Counted from the first letter of the stretch, positions 1 to 11,372 are shown. The stretch is DNA of 48,128 nt from Cyanobacteria bacterium P01_A01_bin.123 (GCA_039815185.1 JBCBZT010000058.1:1-48128), one strand, 5' to 3'. Program-made: numbers and translations. The notes: generated by a model not told the origin, from the sequence alone.

Positions 1-2
1 TG

Positions 3-242
3 AACTTGCCAGATGTGACGACCGAAATCCAAACCGGGTTCAAAACTTGGCAACAACCAACCCTGGTGGCCTGGGGGACAAGCGATCCGTGGCTATCGAT
101 GGCGGATGCTAAAGCTTTTGCTGAAGGGTTGAAGGATGGGGAGTTTGCCGAGTTAGATCAAGTGGGTCACTATGCTCAAGAAGACTGGGCCGATAAGGTG
201 AGTGAAGCATTAGGATCATTTTTGCGCCGAATGGCAGTTTAA
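3..242 (+). CDS. alpha/beta fold hydrolase, C-terminal part (truncated by the window edge)
   Basis: Open frame from the window start. PTLVAWGTSDPW and GHYAQED match the acid and His segments of haloalkane-dehalogenase-like hydrolases. Confidence 0.8.
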   Translation, partial: NLPDVTTEIQTGFKTWQQPTLVAWGTSDPWLSMADAKAFAEGLKDGEFAELDQVGHYAQEDWADKVSEALGSFLRRMAV

Positions 243-343
243 ACAGATCGGACTGCCAGTTATGAGCCAGTTATGAGCAAACTATTACTAGATAGCTCAG
301 ATTGAAACTGCTGCTCACTTTACCAGTTACTAGGCCAAGATTG

Positions 344-3187
344 ATGAATAATGCGCAACCCCATGCCCCTGGACGTTGGCATACTGTCAATGTCGATGAG
401 GCGCTATCCCTGCTGCAAAGCGATTGCGATCGCGGGTTGAATACCAAACAGGTGGCCCAACGACAACAGCAGTATGGCCCCAACGAAATTCAAGCAACGG
501 CAGGGCGTAGCAGTTGGCGCATTTTGCTGGATCAGTTCACCAACATTATGTTGTTAATGCTGATCGCGGTAGCTCTTGTGTCTGGGGTGCTGTCCATTCG
601 AGACAGTGAAATTCCTAAGGACGCGATCGCGATTTTTTCGATCGTGCTGCTCAATGCTGTGCTGGGGTACTTTCAAGAAAGCCGTGCCGAGAAAGCCCTG
701 GCAGCTTTAAAGCAAATGGCTGCCCCCAATGTCCGCGTCATTCGCAACGGCGATCCCCAAGAAATTTCTGCTAAGGATTTAGTCCCTGGAGACGTTTTAC
801 TGCTCGAAGCTGGGGGACAGGTAGCTGCGGACGGGCGGCTTTTGGCAGCATCAAACTTGCAAATACGAGAGTCAGCGCTGACGGGAGAAGCCCACGCGGT
901 CAACAAGCAGGCAGCAATCTTATTAGAGGCTGAAGCACCCTTAGGCGATCGCGATAATTTAGTCTTTCAAGGCACCGAAGTGGTGCAGGGGCGAGCCACA
1001 GTATTAGTCACCGAAACCGGGATGCAAACGGAACTGGGGCGCATCGCCACCCTACTGCAGTCGGTGGCAACTGAGCCCACCCCCTTGCAAAACCGGATGG
1101 ATCAGCTAGGGAATACCCTCGTCATCGGGTCTCTGACCCTAGTTGCCCTTGTGGTCATTGGCGGTGTGATTCAGAGCGGCTGGCAAGCCTTTGAAAGTTT
1201 ACTAGAAGTCTCGCTTAGTATGGCGGTGGCCGTAGTACCTGAAGGCTTACCGGCTGTGATCACCGTTACCCTAGCGATTGGTACTCAACGGATGGTGCGA
1301 CGGCAAGCACTGATTCGTAAATTGCCTGCGGTAGAAACCTTGGGCTCCGTCACAACCATCTGCTCTGATAAAACAGGTACCTTAACCCAAAACAAGATGG
1401 TAGTGCAGCAAGTGCACACGCCGTTTCTCAACTGCCAAGTGACGGGAGAGGGCTATGCGCCTGATGGAGAATTTCATCAGATCTCTGATCAGGCTAAGGC
1501 CGATCAAGCATTGACGATTAAAGAAAATCCCGCACTCCAACTGCTGCTACTGACTTGCCTGCTGTGCAACGATGCTATTTTGCAAAAAGAACAGGGAGAC
1601 TGGTCAATTTTAGGTGATCCCACCGAAGGGGCACTGCTGGCCCTAGCGGGGAAAGGGGGGTTTCCCCAACCGAGCAGTAGCGATGTCTGGCCCCGAGTCG
1701 CAGAGTATCCATTCAGCTCAGAACGCAAGCGCATGAGTGTGGTGGTGCAGTGGCAGGGTGGCAATGGCGATCGCAACCTGTTCACCCAGGCCCTAGAGCC
1801 TCAGCTACCCTATCTACTGTTAGCCAAAGGATCCCCCGAAATCTTGCTGGCGCGTTGTATTGCCTGTCAAGCGGGTGATCAAATCGTTGCACTGAAGGAC
1901 GATCTGCGATCGCGTAGTCTCACCCAAAATGAACAACTGGCTAGCCGGGGGTTACGGGTATTAGGACTAGCTTATCGGAGGTTAGCTGCAGTCCCAGGCC
2001 AAGGCGATGCAGATGCGATTGAGCAAGATCTGGTTTGGCTCGGATTAGTCGGGATGCGCGATGCCCCCCGCCCAGAAGTGGCCCAAGCTGTAGCCCGTTG
2101 CCGCCAAGCGGGAATTCGCCCGGTAATGATTACCGGAGACCACCAGCTAACCGCTCTAGCCGTGGCCCAAGATCTTGGCATTGCCGAAGGCAATACTCAA
2201 GCGCTCAACGGTCGCGAGTTGGAAACCTTGAGTCAAGACGAATTAACAGCTGCTGTCAGCCGGGTTAGTATTTATGCCCGAGTTTCTCCTGAACACAAAT
2301 TGCGGATTGTCCAGGCCCTACAAACCCAACATCAGGTGGTAGCAATGACCGGGGATGGCGTGAATGATGCTCCTGCCTTGAAGCAAGCCGATATCGGCAT
2401 CGCCATGGGGATTACCGGGACTGATGTCAGCAAAGAGGCCAGTGACATGGTGTTGCTTGACGACAACTTTGCCACCATCGTCGCCGCGACTGAAGAAGGC
2501 CGAGTGGTTTACGCTAATATCCGACGGTTTGTGAAATATATTCTAGGCTCCAATATTGGCGAGGTGTTGACCATTGCAGCATCACCAATTTTGTTGCCGA
2601 TTTTGGATGTACCCCTGACACCCCTGCAAATTTTGTGGATGAACTTAGTCACCGATGGCTTTCCAGCGTTGGCCTTGGCGGTGGAACCCGCTGAACCCAA
2701 CGTCATGCAACGCCCGCCTAATCATCCCCAAGAGAGCATTTTTGCCCGAGGCTTGGGGGCCTATATGATTCGCATCGGCATTGTATTCACCGTGGTCACG
2801 ATCACGTTAATGTACTGGGCCTATCACTACGCCCAAGCCACTCCTGGCGATCCCAACCGTTGGAAAACCATGGTATTTACAACCCTTTGTTTGGCACAAA
2901 TGGGCCACGCGATCGCGGTTCGCTCTAATACCCGACTCACCTTAGAAATGTCTCTCGTTTCCAATCCCTTTGTATTGTTTGCCGTCAGCCTGACTACGGT
3001 GCTGCAACTGATGCTGATTTACGTTGAACCCCTGCGCAACTTCTTTGGCACCCAAGTGTTGAGCCTTACCGAATTAGCCGTTTGCTTTGGCTTTAGTTCT
3101 TTGATGTTTATTTGGGTCGAACTCGAAAAACTCTTTTTCCGTTGGATGCAACACCACCATCGCGATCGCGTGATTTTGCGGGATTAA
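344..3187 (+). CDS. cation-translocating P-type ATPase (type IIA, Ca2+-ATPase/PacL-like)
   Basis: DKTGT phosphorylation site, [23 protein letters not shown] and LWMNLVTDG motifs. ATG at 344 chosen instead of the upstream TTG. Confidence 0.93.
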   Translation: MNNAQPHAPGRWHTVNVDEALSLLQSDCDRGLNTKQVAQRQQQYGPNEIQATAGRSSWRILLDQFTNIMLLMLIAVALVSGVLSIRDSEIPKDAIAIFSIVLLNAVLGYFQESRAEKALAALKQMAAPNVRVIRNGDPQEISAKDLVPGDVLLLEAGGQVAADGRLLAASNLQIRESALTGEAHAVNKQAAILLEAEAPLGDRDNLVFQGTEVVQGRATVLVTETGMQTELGRIATLLQSVATEPTPLQNRMDQLGNTLVIGSLTLVALVVIGGVIQSGWQAFESLLEVSLSMAVAVVPEGLPAVITVTLAIGTQRMVRRQALIRKLPAVETLGSVTTICSDKTGTLTQNKMVVQQVHTPFLNCQVTGEGYAPDGEFHQISDQAKADQALTIKENPALQLLLLTCLLCNDAILQKEQGDWSILGDPTEGALLALAGKGGFPQPSSSDVWPRVAEYPFSSERKRMSVVVQWQGGNGDRNLFTQALEPQLPYLLLAKGSPEILLARCIACQAGDQIVALKDDLRSRSLTQNEQLASRGLRVLGLAYRRLAAVPGQGDADAIEQDLVWLGLVGMRDAPRPEVAQAVARCRQAGIRPVMITGDHQLTALAVAQDLGIAEGNTQALNGRELETLSQDELTAAVSRVSIYARVSPEHKLRIVQALQTQHQVVAMTGDGVNDAPALKQADIGIAMGITGTDVSKEASDMVLLDDNFATIVAATEEGRVVYANIRRFVKYILGSNIGEVLTIAASPILLPILDVPLTPLQILWMNLVTDGFPALALAVEPAEPNVMQRPPNHPQESIFARGLGAYMIRIGIVFTVVTITLMYWAYHYAQATPGDPNRWKTMVFTTLCLAQMGHAIAVRSNTRLTLEMSLVSNPFVLFAVSLTTVLQLMLIYVEPLRNFFGTQVLSLTELAVCFGFSSLMFIWVELEKLFFRWMQHHHRDRVILRD

Positions 3188-3268
3188 ATCAGAAACGACC
3201 CCTCCAATGCTGGAAAAGCCGTTCGTACTACAAACCCAATTTTGAACTAATCAACGCGATTCATAGCC

Positions 3269-3820
3269 TTAGTCGAGAGTTGGTTGATTGCAAGCATCAC
3301 CATTGAGTGTCTTCAGGCTACCCAAGAGATTAGCAATCACTACACAACGTTGAGCATCGCTACCCACAGGAGAAATCGAGATCACAAAAGGAACATCATC
3401 GTCTCGATCAACGACGCCTTCATAATCAAAGGTGACACTAGTGATGGTCGTATCCCAACCCCCTGCAGTGCTGGCCTCTGTAGATAGCTGGAGGTAGTTT
3501 TCCTTAATGTTGTTATTACCCAGCTGAAAGGCATCACTATCAGCAACCGTTGACCCCACGCGCACAGTAGGAATCGGGTCTGTCGGATCAATAATCACCG
3601 TCTTTGACTCGCGATTTTGGCGAGCATCTGCTTGAACTTGCCGTAGGGTTTCTAATAAATCACTGCGAACGGAATTCATCCGCTGACGATTCATAAACGC
3701 TAGCCAACCAGGTGCAGCAATGGCAGCCAGCAAAGCAGCGATAATCACGACCACTAGAATTTCAAGTAGGGTGAAGCCAGCAGTGGATTTGTCTTGGGAG
3801 GATGCTTTTCTGCTCAACAT
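3269..3820 (-). CDS. prepilin-type minor pilin (FimT/GspH-like; HpsD position)
   Basis: G|FTLLEILVVV prepilin cleavage motif, C-terminal Cys pair, last gene of the hpsA cluster. Confidence 0.85.
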   Translation of the reverse strand: MLSRKASSQDKSTAGFTLLEILVVVIIAALLAAIAAPGWLAFMNRQRMNSVRSDLLETLRQVQADARQNRESKTVIIDPTDPIPTVRVGSTVADSDAFQLGNNNIKENYLQLSTEASTAGGWDTTITSVTFDYEGVVDRDDDVPFVISISPVGSDAQRCVVIANLLGSLKTLNGDACNQPTLD

Positions 3821-3915
3821 GTGGGTTTTCCTATGGCTTTAACGGGCAAAGACCGCTGCAATAAACGACTAACAGTCAGGCTTCAAATCACGCTTTCAAT
3901 AAACACTTTAATCAA

Positions 3916-4830
3916 TCACTGCTTGTCAAGCACCCCGCGTACTTGAACCCTTGACTGGAGGGTTGGATTATCACTGCCCTCATTTTGCTCATTAATCAAT
4001 CCAGGACGCCCATCTAAAGCGTTACCCCGCAAGAAAACAAAAACTTCTTGGTTTACATTACCTAAAGCTGCATCATTATCTTGTATGCAAGAGAAGAAGC
4101 TAGTTGCACTTGCTGGCGATCTATAGTAGTTGGTGCCAAAGTCGTCACAGGTTTGCAAGTTAGTCAACGCCACGGTAGACGCATCGACATAATCTGTAAG
4201 CACGGCAGTTCTGCCGTCAGGATTGAGATCAGGCACCCAGTTGGCAAAGCTACTGCCGGGCAAAGAAGGATCCACGTAACCCGTAGTGCTAGTTAAGGGG
4301 TCAATACCTGTATATTTGGGGAGTTCGTAACGAACAATTCGAGACTGACCGTCCCAAACATCTCCAGCTTGATTGGGTTTGAGCAGATAAACGACCAATG
4401 AAAAGGTGTAGCGCCGGATTCTTAAAACCTCACATTCATCCGTAGCACAAGCTGAGGCATTAAGTTCGGCCTCTTCGCTAGCTGAAAGTGGATCAGGACG
4501 CCAAAATGCCAACACTGGTACTTCATCAGCAGCAAAGTTCAAATTATCCGTTACGGTTGTCGGTGTGGAATAGACATAAACGGCTTCTTCTAGATCGTTG
4601 GTAATGTACGCCAGTGATCGCTGCATATCTTGTTGAGTCTGGTTGAGCACAAACTCACGACGATCGAGCTGTAGCATCTCAACCACCAGGAAAAGTAATC
4701 CGGTCACCACTAATGCTGAAATGATGATCGCAACCAACAATTCAATTAGGGTGAAACCGTGCTTACTACTAGTTTGGCTTGCTTTTAGGAGCAGCCGATA
4801 AAGCCAAATCTTAGAGGGTCGAGTAGCCAT
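3916..4830 (-). CDS. hpsC: minor pilin/pseudopilin HpsC-like (PilW-like)
   Basis: G|FTLIELLVA motif, DRRE...YITNDLEEAVYVY and PVLAFW segments, third gene of the cluster. Confidence 0.78.
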   Translation of the reverse strand: MATRPSKIWLYRLLLKASQTSSKHGFTLIELLVAIIISALVVTGLLFLVVEMLQLDRREFVLNQTQQDMQRSLAYITNDLEEAVYVYSTPTTVTDNLNFAADEVPVLAFWRPDPLSASEEAELNASACATDECEVLRIRRYTFSLVVYLLKPNQAGDVWDGQSRIVRYELPKYTGIDPLTSTTGYVDPSLPGSSFANWVPDLNPDGRTAVLTDYVDASTVALTNLQTCDDFGTNYYRSPASATSFFSCIQDNDAALGNVNQEVFVFLRGNALDGRPGLINEQNEGSDNPTLQSRVQVRGVLDKQ

Positions 4831-4885
4831 AGGTTGAGAATAGAGAATAGCTTAGCGATCAGCGAATGCAACTTTTCTAATTTCA

Positions 4886-5635
4886 TTAGCAATTCAACGC
4901 CGTAGATGGGGTAGACCCCAGAAACTCGATGTAGCGGCAATAAGACTCCTCCACATCGCCCTTAGCGAGAACGGTATAAACCGTTGCCAGAGGACGCTCA
5001 CCTCGTTGGCCCTCAGTCCCGGTGGCACCAATACGAGCCTCATCGATCACTAAATTACCTGTAGACTGAGCGTTGATGGCCCGAACGTCATAAACCCGGA
5101 CTCCCATGCTAAATGCAATGGGGTTGCCATCGCTATCATCTTGACCAGGGGTGCGAAAGACCTGAACACCAAAGTCTGAGGTGCCATCCCCATCAACATC
5201 AACAGCCCGAGCCTGGTCAGTTGGGAGGGCATTGTAAGGGGTACTGGCATCATTAAGAACGCCGTACGCTGGGCCGACGTAACCCTGAACGGAGTTAGTA
5301 GTCGTAGAGTAGGTTGTATCATCTAAGGCGGCTACAGATTGAGGCACGCTAGCCGCGTCGTAATTACCGCGCTCTAGTGTAATGCGGACAGCATCAATTT
5401 CAGCTTGCGCAACTTCAATGGCTTGCTCGGCCTTTTGGCTTTGAACTCGCGTCGCGACAGAAATTACCAGGGCAGGGGTAACGCTGCCCACGGTCAGCGC
5501 AATAACGACAAGGGCTACCAAACACTCAATTAAAGTCAGCCCCTGCTCAGTGTCAGGATGGCTGCTCGATATGGGTTGCCGCAGCCAGCTGACGCCATAA
5601 GCCTTAAGGAATTGCTGAATCTGTTGAGTAATCAC
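4886..5635 (-). CDS. hpsB: minor pilin/pseudopilin HpsB-like (PilV-like)
   Basis: G|LTLIECLVA motif and SVATRVQ segment. GTG start with an upstream GGAG. Directly follows hpsA. Confidence 0.75.
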   Translation of the reverse strand: MITQQIQQFLKAYGVSWLRQPISSSHPDTEQGLTLIECLVALVVIALTVGSVTPALVISVATRVQSQKAEQAIEVAQAEIDAVRITLERGNYDAASVPQSVAALDDTTYSTTTNSVQGYVGPAYGVLNDASTPYNALPTDQARAVDVDGDGTSDFGVQVFRTPGQDDSDGNPIAFSMGVRVYDVRAINAQSTGNLVIDEARIGATGTEGQRGERPLATVYTVLAKGDVEESYCRYIEFLGSTPSTALNC

Positions 5636-5674
5636 GAGTCTATCTCCGTCTATTAGGAATAACGCAGGGTTGGC

Positions 5675-8600
5675 TTACAGGCCAAGGCCGGTACATGACG
5701 TTGCTGAAGTGGGGTCGCTATCGGCAGTTGGATCAACGCGATTAGTCCCATCCGGTCTGGCACAGCGGAGCAGCATCATATAGGGCTCATCGGCTGGCAG
5801 CTCGCGATAGTATTCACTACGAGGCTCGGTAGAATTCGCAAATCGGCTAGAAATTGGCGCCGGTGGCACATACAGCAGGCCGACATCATAACCCCAACGT
5901 CGCTCAGGGGCGGTGTAGTTGACGTTCCACTCATCGTTAGTTGGGGCAATTTCTGGCTCCCAAGAATCGTGGTCGTAAGGGCCAGTGGCTGCCGTACTAA
6001 AGTTGAACTGGAAGAACGCCCCAGTGATAAACAGCTTTTCCGCATCGACAGAAGGACCCCGACCCCAATCTTCTAAGAGCCTGGGGAAGTTGTGCAGGCC
6101 ACCATAACTCTGTCTAGATCGAGAGGGCACAATACCGCTAATCAAGACGGCATTCACATAGGTCGTAGTCGGTGATATTTGATTGTTATATCGCTCAGAC
6201 TGGATGTTGGCGCCAACGATAGCATCGTAGTAGCCAAGGCGCTCGCTATTTCTCTGTGCAAAATTAGATTCCCAATAATCGCCATTGGCAGGAACCAGCA
6301 CGGGTGAGTTGATGGGTAAATGGGTGTCACCGGGTGGGGTACCCCCGTGACTGATATAAGTTCTGTCGTCTAAAGGATTCTCTCGGGTCCATTCATCATT
6401 GAAACTGCCTCCGGCTGTAAAGTAAGGGCGATTTTGATTGGTGTACGAGCTTTTGCCACCGCCACGTGTGGTAACTGAAGTTATCCGAAACGTATCGTCA
6501 ATCGAGCCATCTCTGAAGTTCTCAGACAAAATGGTGATCGCGTCCGCCAAAATCTCGGTCGGTCGCCAGTGATCATTGGCAAGCGCGGCGAAGTCAGCTT
6601 CGTTGAGCGTGAATCGATCATCGTAAAACGGCAGCTCGTAGGCAATGGAGCCATCGCCTAGTGTTTGGGTAAATTCCTCTAATAGCCCCCCGATTGTGCC
6701 ATCGGTGCTGTGGAGGTTAAAGTCGCCCTGAATGTAGACCGAGTTGTCCGTTACAAAGGTCATCCCCACTTCCCTTTGCAGGGTAGCACCACTGGGCGCA
6801 CTCAAATCGATACCGTTTTTCAGGCGAAAGCCATGGGGCCTGCGCATGGGGTCAGGATAGAAATCAACGGGCTTGGCACTGATGCCAGTCGTATCGTTAA
6901 TGGGGGGGTCTTGAGGTGTTGGCAAAGCAGACATGCGGCAGTTGGCAGTGACGATATCAGCAACGCTGTCGCAAGCAGACCAAGCGGTGGAATTTGGACG
7001 GACAATCGTATCCTCACGCACCGCATCTTCGCGGAAGGCATAGACAAGCCCCTGGGCACCATCGCTGATCCCCGTAATCCAGAAGTCGGTGTCGTTTTTG
7101 TCTTGAGTGAGCAGGCTGAGGTCAAGATCTAAGACGCGTACGCTCATGTTTTCTCGACCATCAAACATGCCTTTATCTACCAAGGCAACGCTATAAACGT
7201 CTGTGCCATAGGCAATGGTGATGTCTTCTGCTTGTGGATCGAGTGGGTCATACCCAGCCCTATCATCATTAGGGTCGTAGACAGGGTCAGCGGCTACTAC
7301 GCCAGCAATCTCGTCTAACACTAAATCATCATTGGCAGATGCAACCGTGGGTGCGGGCAAGACCCAAGACCCGATGGCGCGGGGTTGGAAATCAGCTGCG
7401 ATGGTGTCCAAATCAGCATCGCTAACCTCTTCGTAGGTTGTATCAGCATCACCACCTGTATTGTTGGTGACATAATCTTCAGCAGGCTGATCATTATCGT
7501 CAGCAACGTCACCATCCAAATCGTGGTTTTCTACCGGAAATACATAGAACAATGCTGGGTAGCGAACCACTGCTTGAGTTTCAGAAATGTAAGGTGCTGT
7601 ATTGGTAACTGGTGGACAAAGGGCGATCGCCAAGCTGAGGCGTCTGGCTTCGTCACTAGTGCCTGTAAAACTATTTGGATCACAGGAGACACTGTATGTC
7701 GTTGCACTCGAATAAGGCGCTGTGATTGAAGCATCCGAGGTATAAGTTTTAGCACTAGCCGAGTATATGCCAACAGGTGCACCGCCTGCAGCAGGCAAAC
7801 CCACATCTGTCTTGAAGCCATATTTGCGATCGCGATCGACCTGCAGCTTCTGAGACATCATCACAAAAAGCTCCTCAGCCCCTGCATTGGCATCAAATTC
7901 AGCTTTCAGGGGGCCGTCAGTATTTGTGACGCCTTGTCCAGCTGCTGGGTTGAACCATTGCTCCGAGGTATAGTTCGCTAAATCCGTCACAGTTGTGCCA
8001 GCTGGTGGAGCAGCCACAACAGCGGTAACCGCATCTGCCAGTTCATCCAAGGTATAGGGCGAATAGTTAGTATCAGCCGGGTTAGCAATCACGCCCGCTG
8101 CTAAATCGTTCAGCGTGTCAATGTTGTAGGCTAACAACCCTAACGTACAAGCGGCTGAAGCCTCAGTTGATTCGTCTGCGGGGCTACCATTACCAGCCGC
8201 CAACACGCGGTTCAACATTGAGAAGTCGCCCCACATGGTTAAGTCTGGGTTGGGATGAATATCACCCCCCGCTGCGGCTTGAGTTGCGGGGAAAGAAGGT
8301 GCCCCCCCCAGCGGGTCACCCGTCATATCAGCCAAGTTTTGTAGTGCGGTATCTAATTCACTCGGGAGGCTGATTGGGAAGTCAAACTCCCAGCCATTGG
8401 TGCCATAACCTGAAAGGAAATCCACTTTCAGTGGGCCTGCTCCACCAGCACCAGTTGGGTCAATGCCGTAGTCTTCAAAGGTGCGGCTGTAGCCTACCGT
8501 GTAGCGCGTTCCTGGGTGAGCCGTTAAAGCGTAGCAGGCAAGTGGGGTCGTCCCATCTGCGGCACTGCCACCACCTTCGTAGTGGTAAACCACCATCCCT

Positions 8601-10402
8601 TGCACCGCTGCCAGGTTGTCGCGCAGGGTGCGGTACTGCAAAGACTCGTGTTGACCAGGATAATCTCTCGGCGCAGCATTATTGCCAGGTGCTGTGCCCG
8701 CAGCTTGAACTTGGGCACCATAGCCCGTCGCAGGATACAGCGGATCACGATCTCCAGCTGCTGGAGAATCGGTTCTCCAGCCAAAGGCGTTGCCAAAGTC
8801 AAAGCGCTGCCCCACAATCAGTCGCAAACCAGCGGGAATCGTCTGCCGTTCCCAATAGCCATCGGCACCGTTGTTAATTACATCATCACCACCCGGATCG
8901 GATGAAGTAATCGGCTCACCAATATCTTTCCCGACATCCTCCACGTTGACTGTCGTCGTTGGGCCAATGTCATAGGTCGCAATTGGTCCCCATCGGTCAT
9001 CGGCACGGTAAGAATCGTCTAACCTGTTATTGGAGCCTTCTGGATAGATGCGTCGATTCAGGGCAGAACCATCGAAGCCAGCATCATGACTCGAATTATT
9101 AGCGGCATTATTGTGCTCATAGATACCTTCTGTAAACAGCTTAATGGGGTCAAGCGCAATTTCAGAAGGGTCGAGGCTTTCATCAACCGAGTCCTTGGCT
9201 GCCGTCAATGTTGCACCTAAAGTTGGTGCTTCGTCATCGTTTTTGTAGAGATGGAATTCAGGATCGTCTTCACCGCCGAAACCATCGTTTCTTAGTCTGC
9301 CAGAAATAAGTTGGCCTTCAAAGGCCTCTCCGCCATTATCGCCAGCTTCATGCTCGCCTAAAGTGATCTCCGATTCATCAAACACACAGGAGTTATAGGA
9401 GCTGACCAGATGGGCATTGAAATCATCTCTCAAGAAAAAGCTGCCTTCGGTATGCATCGCCCCATTCCAGTTTAAATCCGCACCCGGAAAGGTTTCTAGG
9501 TCATAGCGGAACCAAGCTCCCCATTTGTTGCCCTGGGCAGTTTCGCGCGCTTGCTGAAACTCGAGGGTTTCGACCGTTCGACTGACATCACTGTCATTTA
9601 ATACAAAAGCATCAATCTGGAAGTTCTTTTGCAGTGCAGCACCGACTAACTGCCACCCTAATCCGGGCGATCGCGTCGAACCCGGACAATTGGTACCTGC
9701 TTCCGTTGTGCTAATTGGGCCATTACGGGTGACTAGTGCCCTGGCCTTTTCAATATCAACCCCTTGATTAATTTCCTTAGTGTTACTGGTGACCGGATCA
9801 GCAGCTTCATGGTTAGCCAAGATAGAGTAAACGACGATCTCGTCGGCACCTATCGTCCCATCTTTGTTGATATCTGAATTAAATGACCAAGCTGGGTCTA
9901 AAGTGCCATCATTATTGATATCAAGCTGAGTTTCATCTGGCAGGGTGTAGGGGTTTTCAGCACTCGTATTGCCAACTCCAGTAAACAGCTGGGGAACGGC
10001 GCCACTGCCATCGTCTAATATCATGCCCAGCAAAAATCCACTGGAAGGAACCCCACCCGGAAAGCGTTCATCTTCCTGAAATAGGAATTCAAGCTTTGAC
10101 TGAGCCCGGTTAATTGCAGGGGTTGCAGAATTTGTAATCACCTGCTGTTGGCGCTTAGCGATCGCTTGTTCACTCCGACTAAACGAACGATAGGTGAGAG
10201 CCCCCGCAGTGAGAGCCACCATTAACAGCAGCAAAATTGTGGTGGGTAACACAAACCCCGATGTAGAGGTGGTGGGTCTGTGCCAGAGCACGTATAAACG
10301 CCGCAAAAGCCAAGTAAAAAATCCTTTAGTTAGCCTTGCCGATAGCTTGCGAGTTCGGCGAGGTAGCTTTTGAATCGCCCTGATTAAGTTGCGGGTTGAC
10401 AT
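5675..10402 (-). CDS. hpsA: hormogonium polysaccharide biosynthesis protein HpsA (giant PilX-like prepilin protein)
   Basis: About 1575 aa. G|FVLPTT hydrophobic helix, NKWGAWFRYDLE, GLRLIVGQR, YGGLHNFPRLLE and RRWGYDVGL blocks. ATG at 10402 follows AAGGAAGG. Followed by three pilin genes. Confidence 0.88.
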   Translation of the reverse strand: MSTRNLIRAIQKLPRRTRKLSARLTKGFFTWLLRRLYVLWHRPTTSTSGFVLPTTILLLLMVALTAGALTYRSFSRSEQAIAKRQQQVITNSATPAINRAQSKLEFLFQEDERFPGGVPSSGFLLGMILDDGSGAVPQLFTGVGNTSAENPYTLPDETQLDINNDGTLDPAWSFNSDINKDGTIGADEIVVYSILANHEAADPVTSNTKEINQGVDIEKARALVTRNGPISTTEAGTNCPGSTRSPGLGWQLVGAALQKNFQIDAFVLNDSDVSRTVETLEFQQARETAQGNKWGAWFRYDLETFPGADLNWNGAMHTEGSFFLRDDFNAHLVSSYNSCVFDESEITLGEHEAGDNGGEAFEGQLISGRLRNDGFGGEDDPEFHLYKNDDEAPTLGATLTAAKDSVDESLDPSEIALDPIKLFTEGIYEHNNAANNSSHDAGFDGSALNRRIYPEGSNNRLDDSYRADDRWGPIATYDIGPTTTVNVEDVGKDIGEPITSSDPGGDDVINNGADGYWERQTIPAGLRLIVGQRFDFGNAFGWRTDSPAAGDRDPLYPATGYGAQVQAAGTAPGNNAAPRDYPGQHESLQYRTLRDNLAAVQGMVVYHYEGGGSAADGTTPLACYALTAHPGTRYTVGYSRTFEDYGIDPTGAGGAGPLKVDFLSGYGTNGWEFDFPISLPSELDTALQNLADMTGDPLGGAPSFPATQAAAGGDIHPNPDLTMWGDFSMLNRVLAAGNGSPADESTEASAACTLGLLAYNIDTLNDLAAGVIANPADTNYSPYTLDELADAVTAVVAAPPAGTTVTDLANYTSEQWFNPAAGQGVTNTDGPLKAEFDANAGAEELFVMMSQKLQVDRDRKYGFKTDVGLPAAGGAPVGIYSASAKTYTSDASITAPYSSATTYSVSCDPNSFTGTSDEARRLSLAIALCPPVTNTAPYISETQAVVRYPALFYVFPVENHDLDGDVADDNDQPAEDYVTNNTGGDADTTYEEVSDADLDTIAADFQPRAIGSWVLPAPTVASANDDLVLDEIAGVVAADPVYDPNDDRAGYDPLDPQAEDITIAYGTDVYSVALVDKGMFDGRENMSVRVLDLDLSLLTQDKNDTDFWITGISDGAQGLVYAFREDAVREDTIVRPNSTAWSACDSVADIVTANCRMSALPTPQDPPINDTTGISAKPVDFYPDPMRRPHGFRLKNGIDLSAPSGATLQREVGMTFVTDNSVYIQGDFNLHSTDGTIGGLLEEFTQTLGDGSIAYELPFYDDRFTLNEADFAALANDHWRPTEILADAITILSENFRDGSIDDTFRITSVTTRGGGKSSYTNQNRPYFTAGGSFNDEWTRENPLDDRTYISHGGTPPGDTHLPINSPVLVPANGDYWESNFAQRNSERLGYYDAIVGANIQSERYNNQISPTTTYVNAVLISGIVPSRSRQSYGGLHNFPRLLEDWGRGPSVDAEKLFITGAFFQFNFSTAATGPYDHDSWEPEIAPTNDEWNVNYTAPERRWGYDVGLLYVPPAPISSRFANSTEPRSEYYRELPADEPYMMLLRCARPDGTNRVDPTADSDPTSATSCTGLGL

Positions 10403-10781
10403 AGCTGCCTTCCTTAAGCGGAATGATGAAAACAAAGATATCGAAAAATTTATGGTTTCTGGTGAGAAATCAATGAGAAACCTATGATTGGGTGCACAAT
10501 CACCTAATCGGTATCAGGTAATGCATGCGATCGCGGCTAGAGTAGCCCACACATCCTCGATTTTAGATCCGGAAAATGTGAAGGATCCTTAACATTCCAA
10601 GCTTCAAAGCTAGGTTACCCCACACCGCCAAAAAAGCGATCAGGCTACCCAGACATTTCAAGCCTTGGCTAATAACAGCGATCTACGTATTAGGGGGTCT
10701 AACCCCTCTCAAACCCTATCGTATACAAAAGCTTTATTTTTGACCTCAGAGAACCTATGGAGTTTTTTGCCGCTAGATCAT

Positions 10782-10790
10782 AGAATTCCC
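10782..10790 (-). promoter_or_regulatory. possible SigJ-type extended -10 element upstream of hpsA
   Basis: Minus strand reads GGGAATTCT, one mismatch from the GGGAATACT SigJ box as I recall it. Lies just downstream of the rpmB terminator. A SigF-like GGGTAA is also present at 10615-10620. Confidence 0.35.
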
Positions 10791-10794
10791 CAGC

Positions 10795-10829
10795 AAAAGC
10801 AATAGGACGTGTGTCAGCACACGTCCTAT
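10795..10829 (-). terminator. intrinsic terminator of rpmB
   Basis: Perfect 12-bp stem ATAGGACGTGTG-N4-CACACGTCCTAT (10802-10829), followed on the minus strand by TGCTTTT. Confidence 0.7.
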
Positions 10830-10952
10830 ATACGTATTATTACGGAGAGCGATGCCAATTCTCTGACGGTGGGAATTCGTTTGAGGCCATTTCCTACGCC
10901 GATGTAAAGCTGGTGGTGAATGTCACATAGCTGAGATTACAAATGCTCAGCC

Positions 10953-11189
10953 CTAGCACTTATTGAGATTGATACCGGCTTCTTTGGCCATTGCCTCAAT
11001 GCCCTTAGTCTGTAAGGTTTTGATGGCTTTAGTCGAGAGGTTGAGCTTCACCCAGCGCTTGCCCTGGGGCCACCAAACCCGCTTACTTTGGATATTGGCA
11101 TGTTGTAAGCGCTTGGTACGACGGTGAGAGTGGGATACAGCATAGCCATTGTTAGCCTTTTTGCCGGTCAATTGGCATTTACGAGACAT
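10953..11189 (-). CDS. rpmB: 50S ribosomal protein L28
   Basis: [29 protein letters not shown], 78 aa. Confidence 0.98.
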   Translation of the reverse strand: MSRKCQLTGKKANNGYAVSHSHRRTKRLQHANIQSKRVWWPQGKRWVKLNLSTKAIKTLQTKGIEAMAKEAGINLNKC

Positions 11190-11372
11190 GGGATTCTCCA
11201 GCTTTTTTAATCAGTGAATTCGCACGATTGACAATTATACCCTTTAGGAGCCCGGCAATGTCCACCGTTTGCAACCCAAACCGATGAAGCCTGACGCTTA
11301 GAGAGGGGGGCTTAATGCTAGGATTTCTAGGAACTCTGGCAGATTGACGCCCCGCAACTCCTCAGAAACCCT

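Noticed and set aside
255..276. 11-bp tandem duplication GCCAGTTATGA
   Set aside because: Only two copies in a short intergenic gap, with no evidence of function.
869..895. TGEA instead of TGES in the P-type ATPase actuator domain
   Set aside because: The catalytic TGE is intact and, as I recall, this variant is common in cyanobacterial homologues.
5776..8905. Several 60-170 aa alternative-frame ORFs inside hpsA
   Set aside because: They are fully nested in a long coherent CDS and show no independent motifs.
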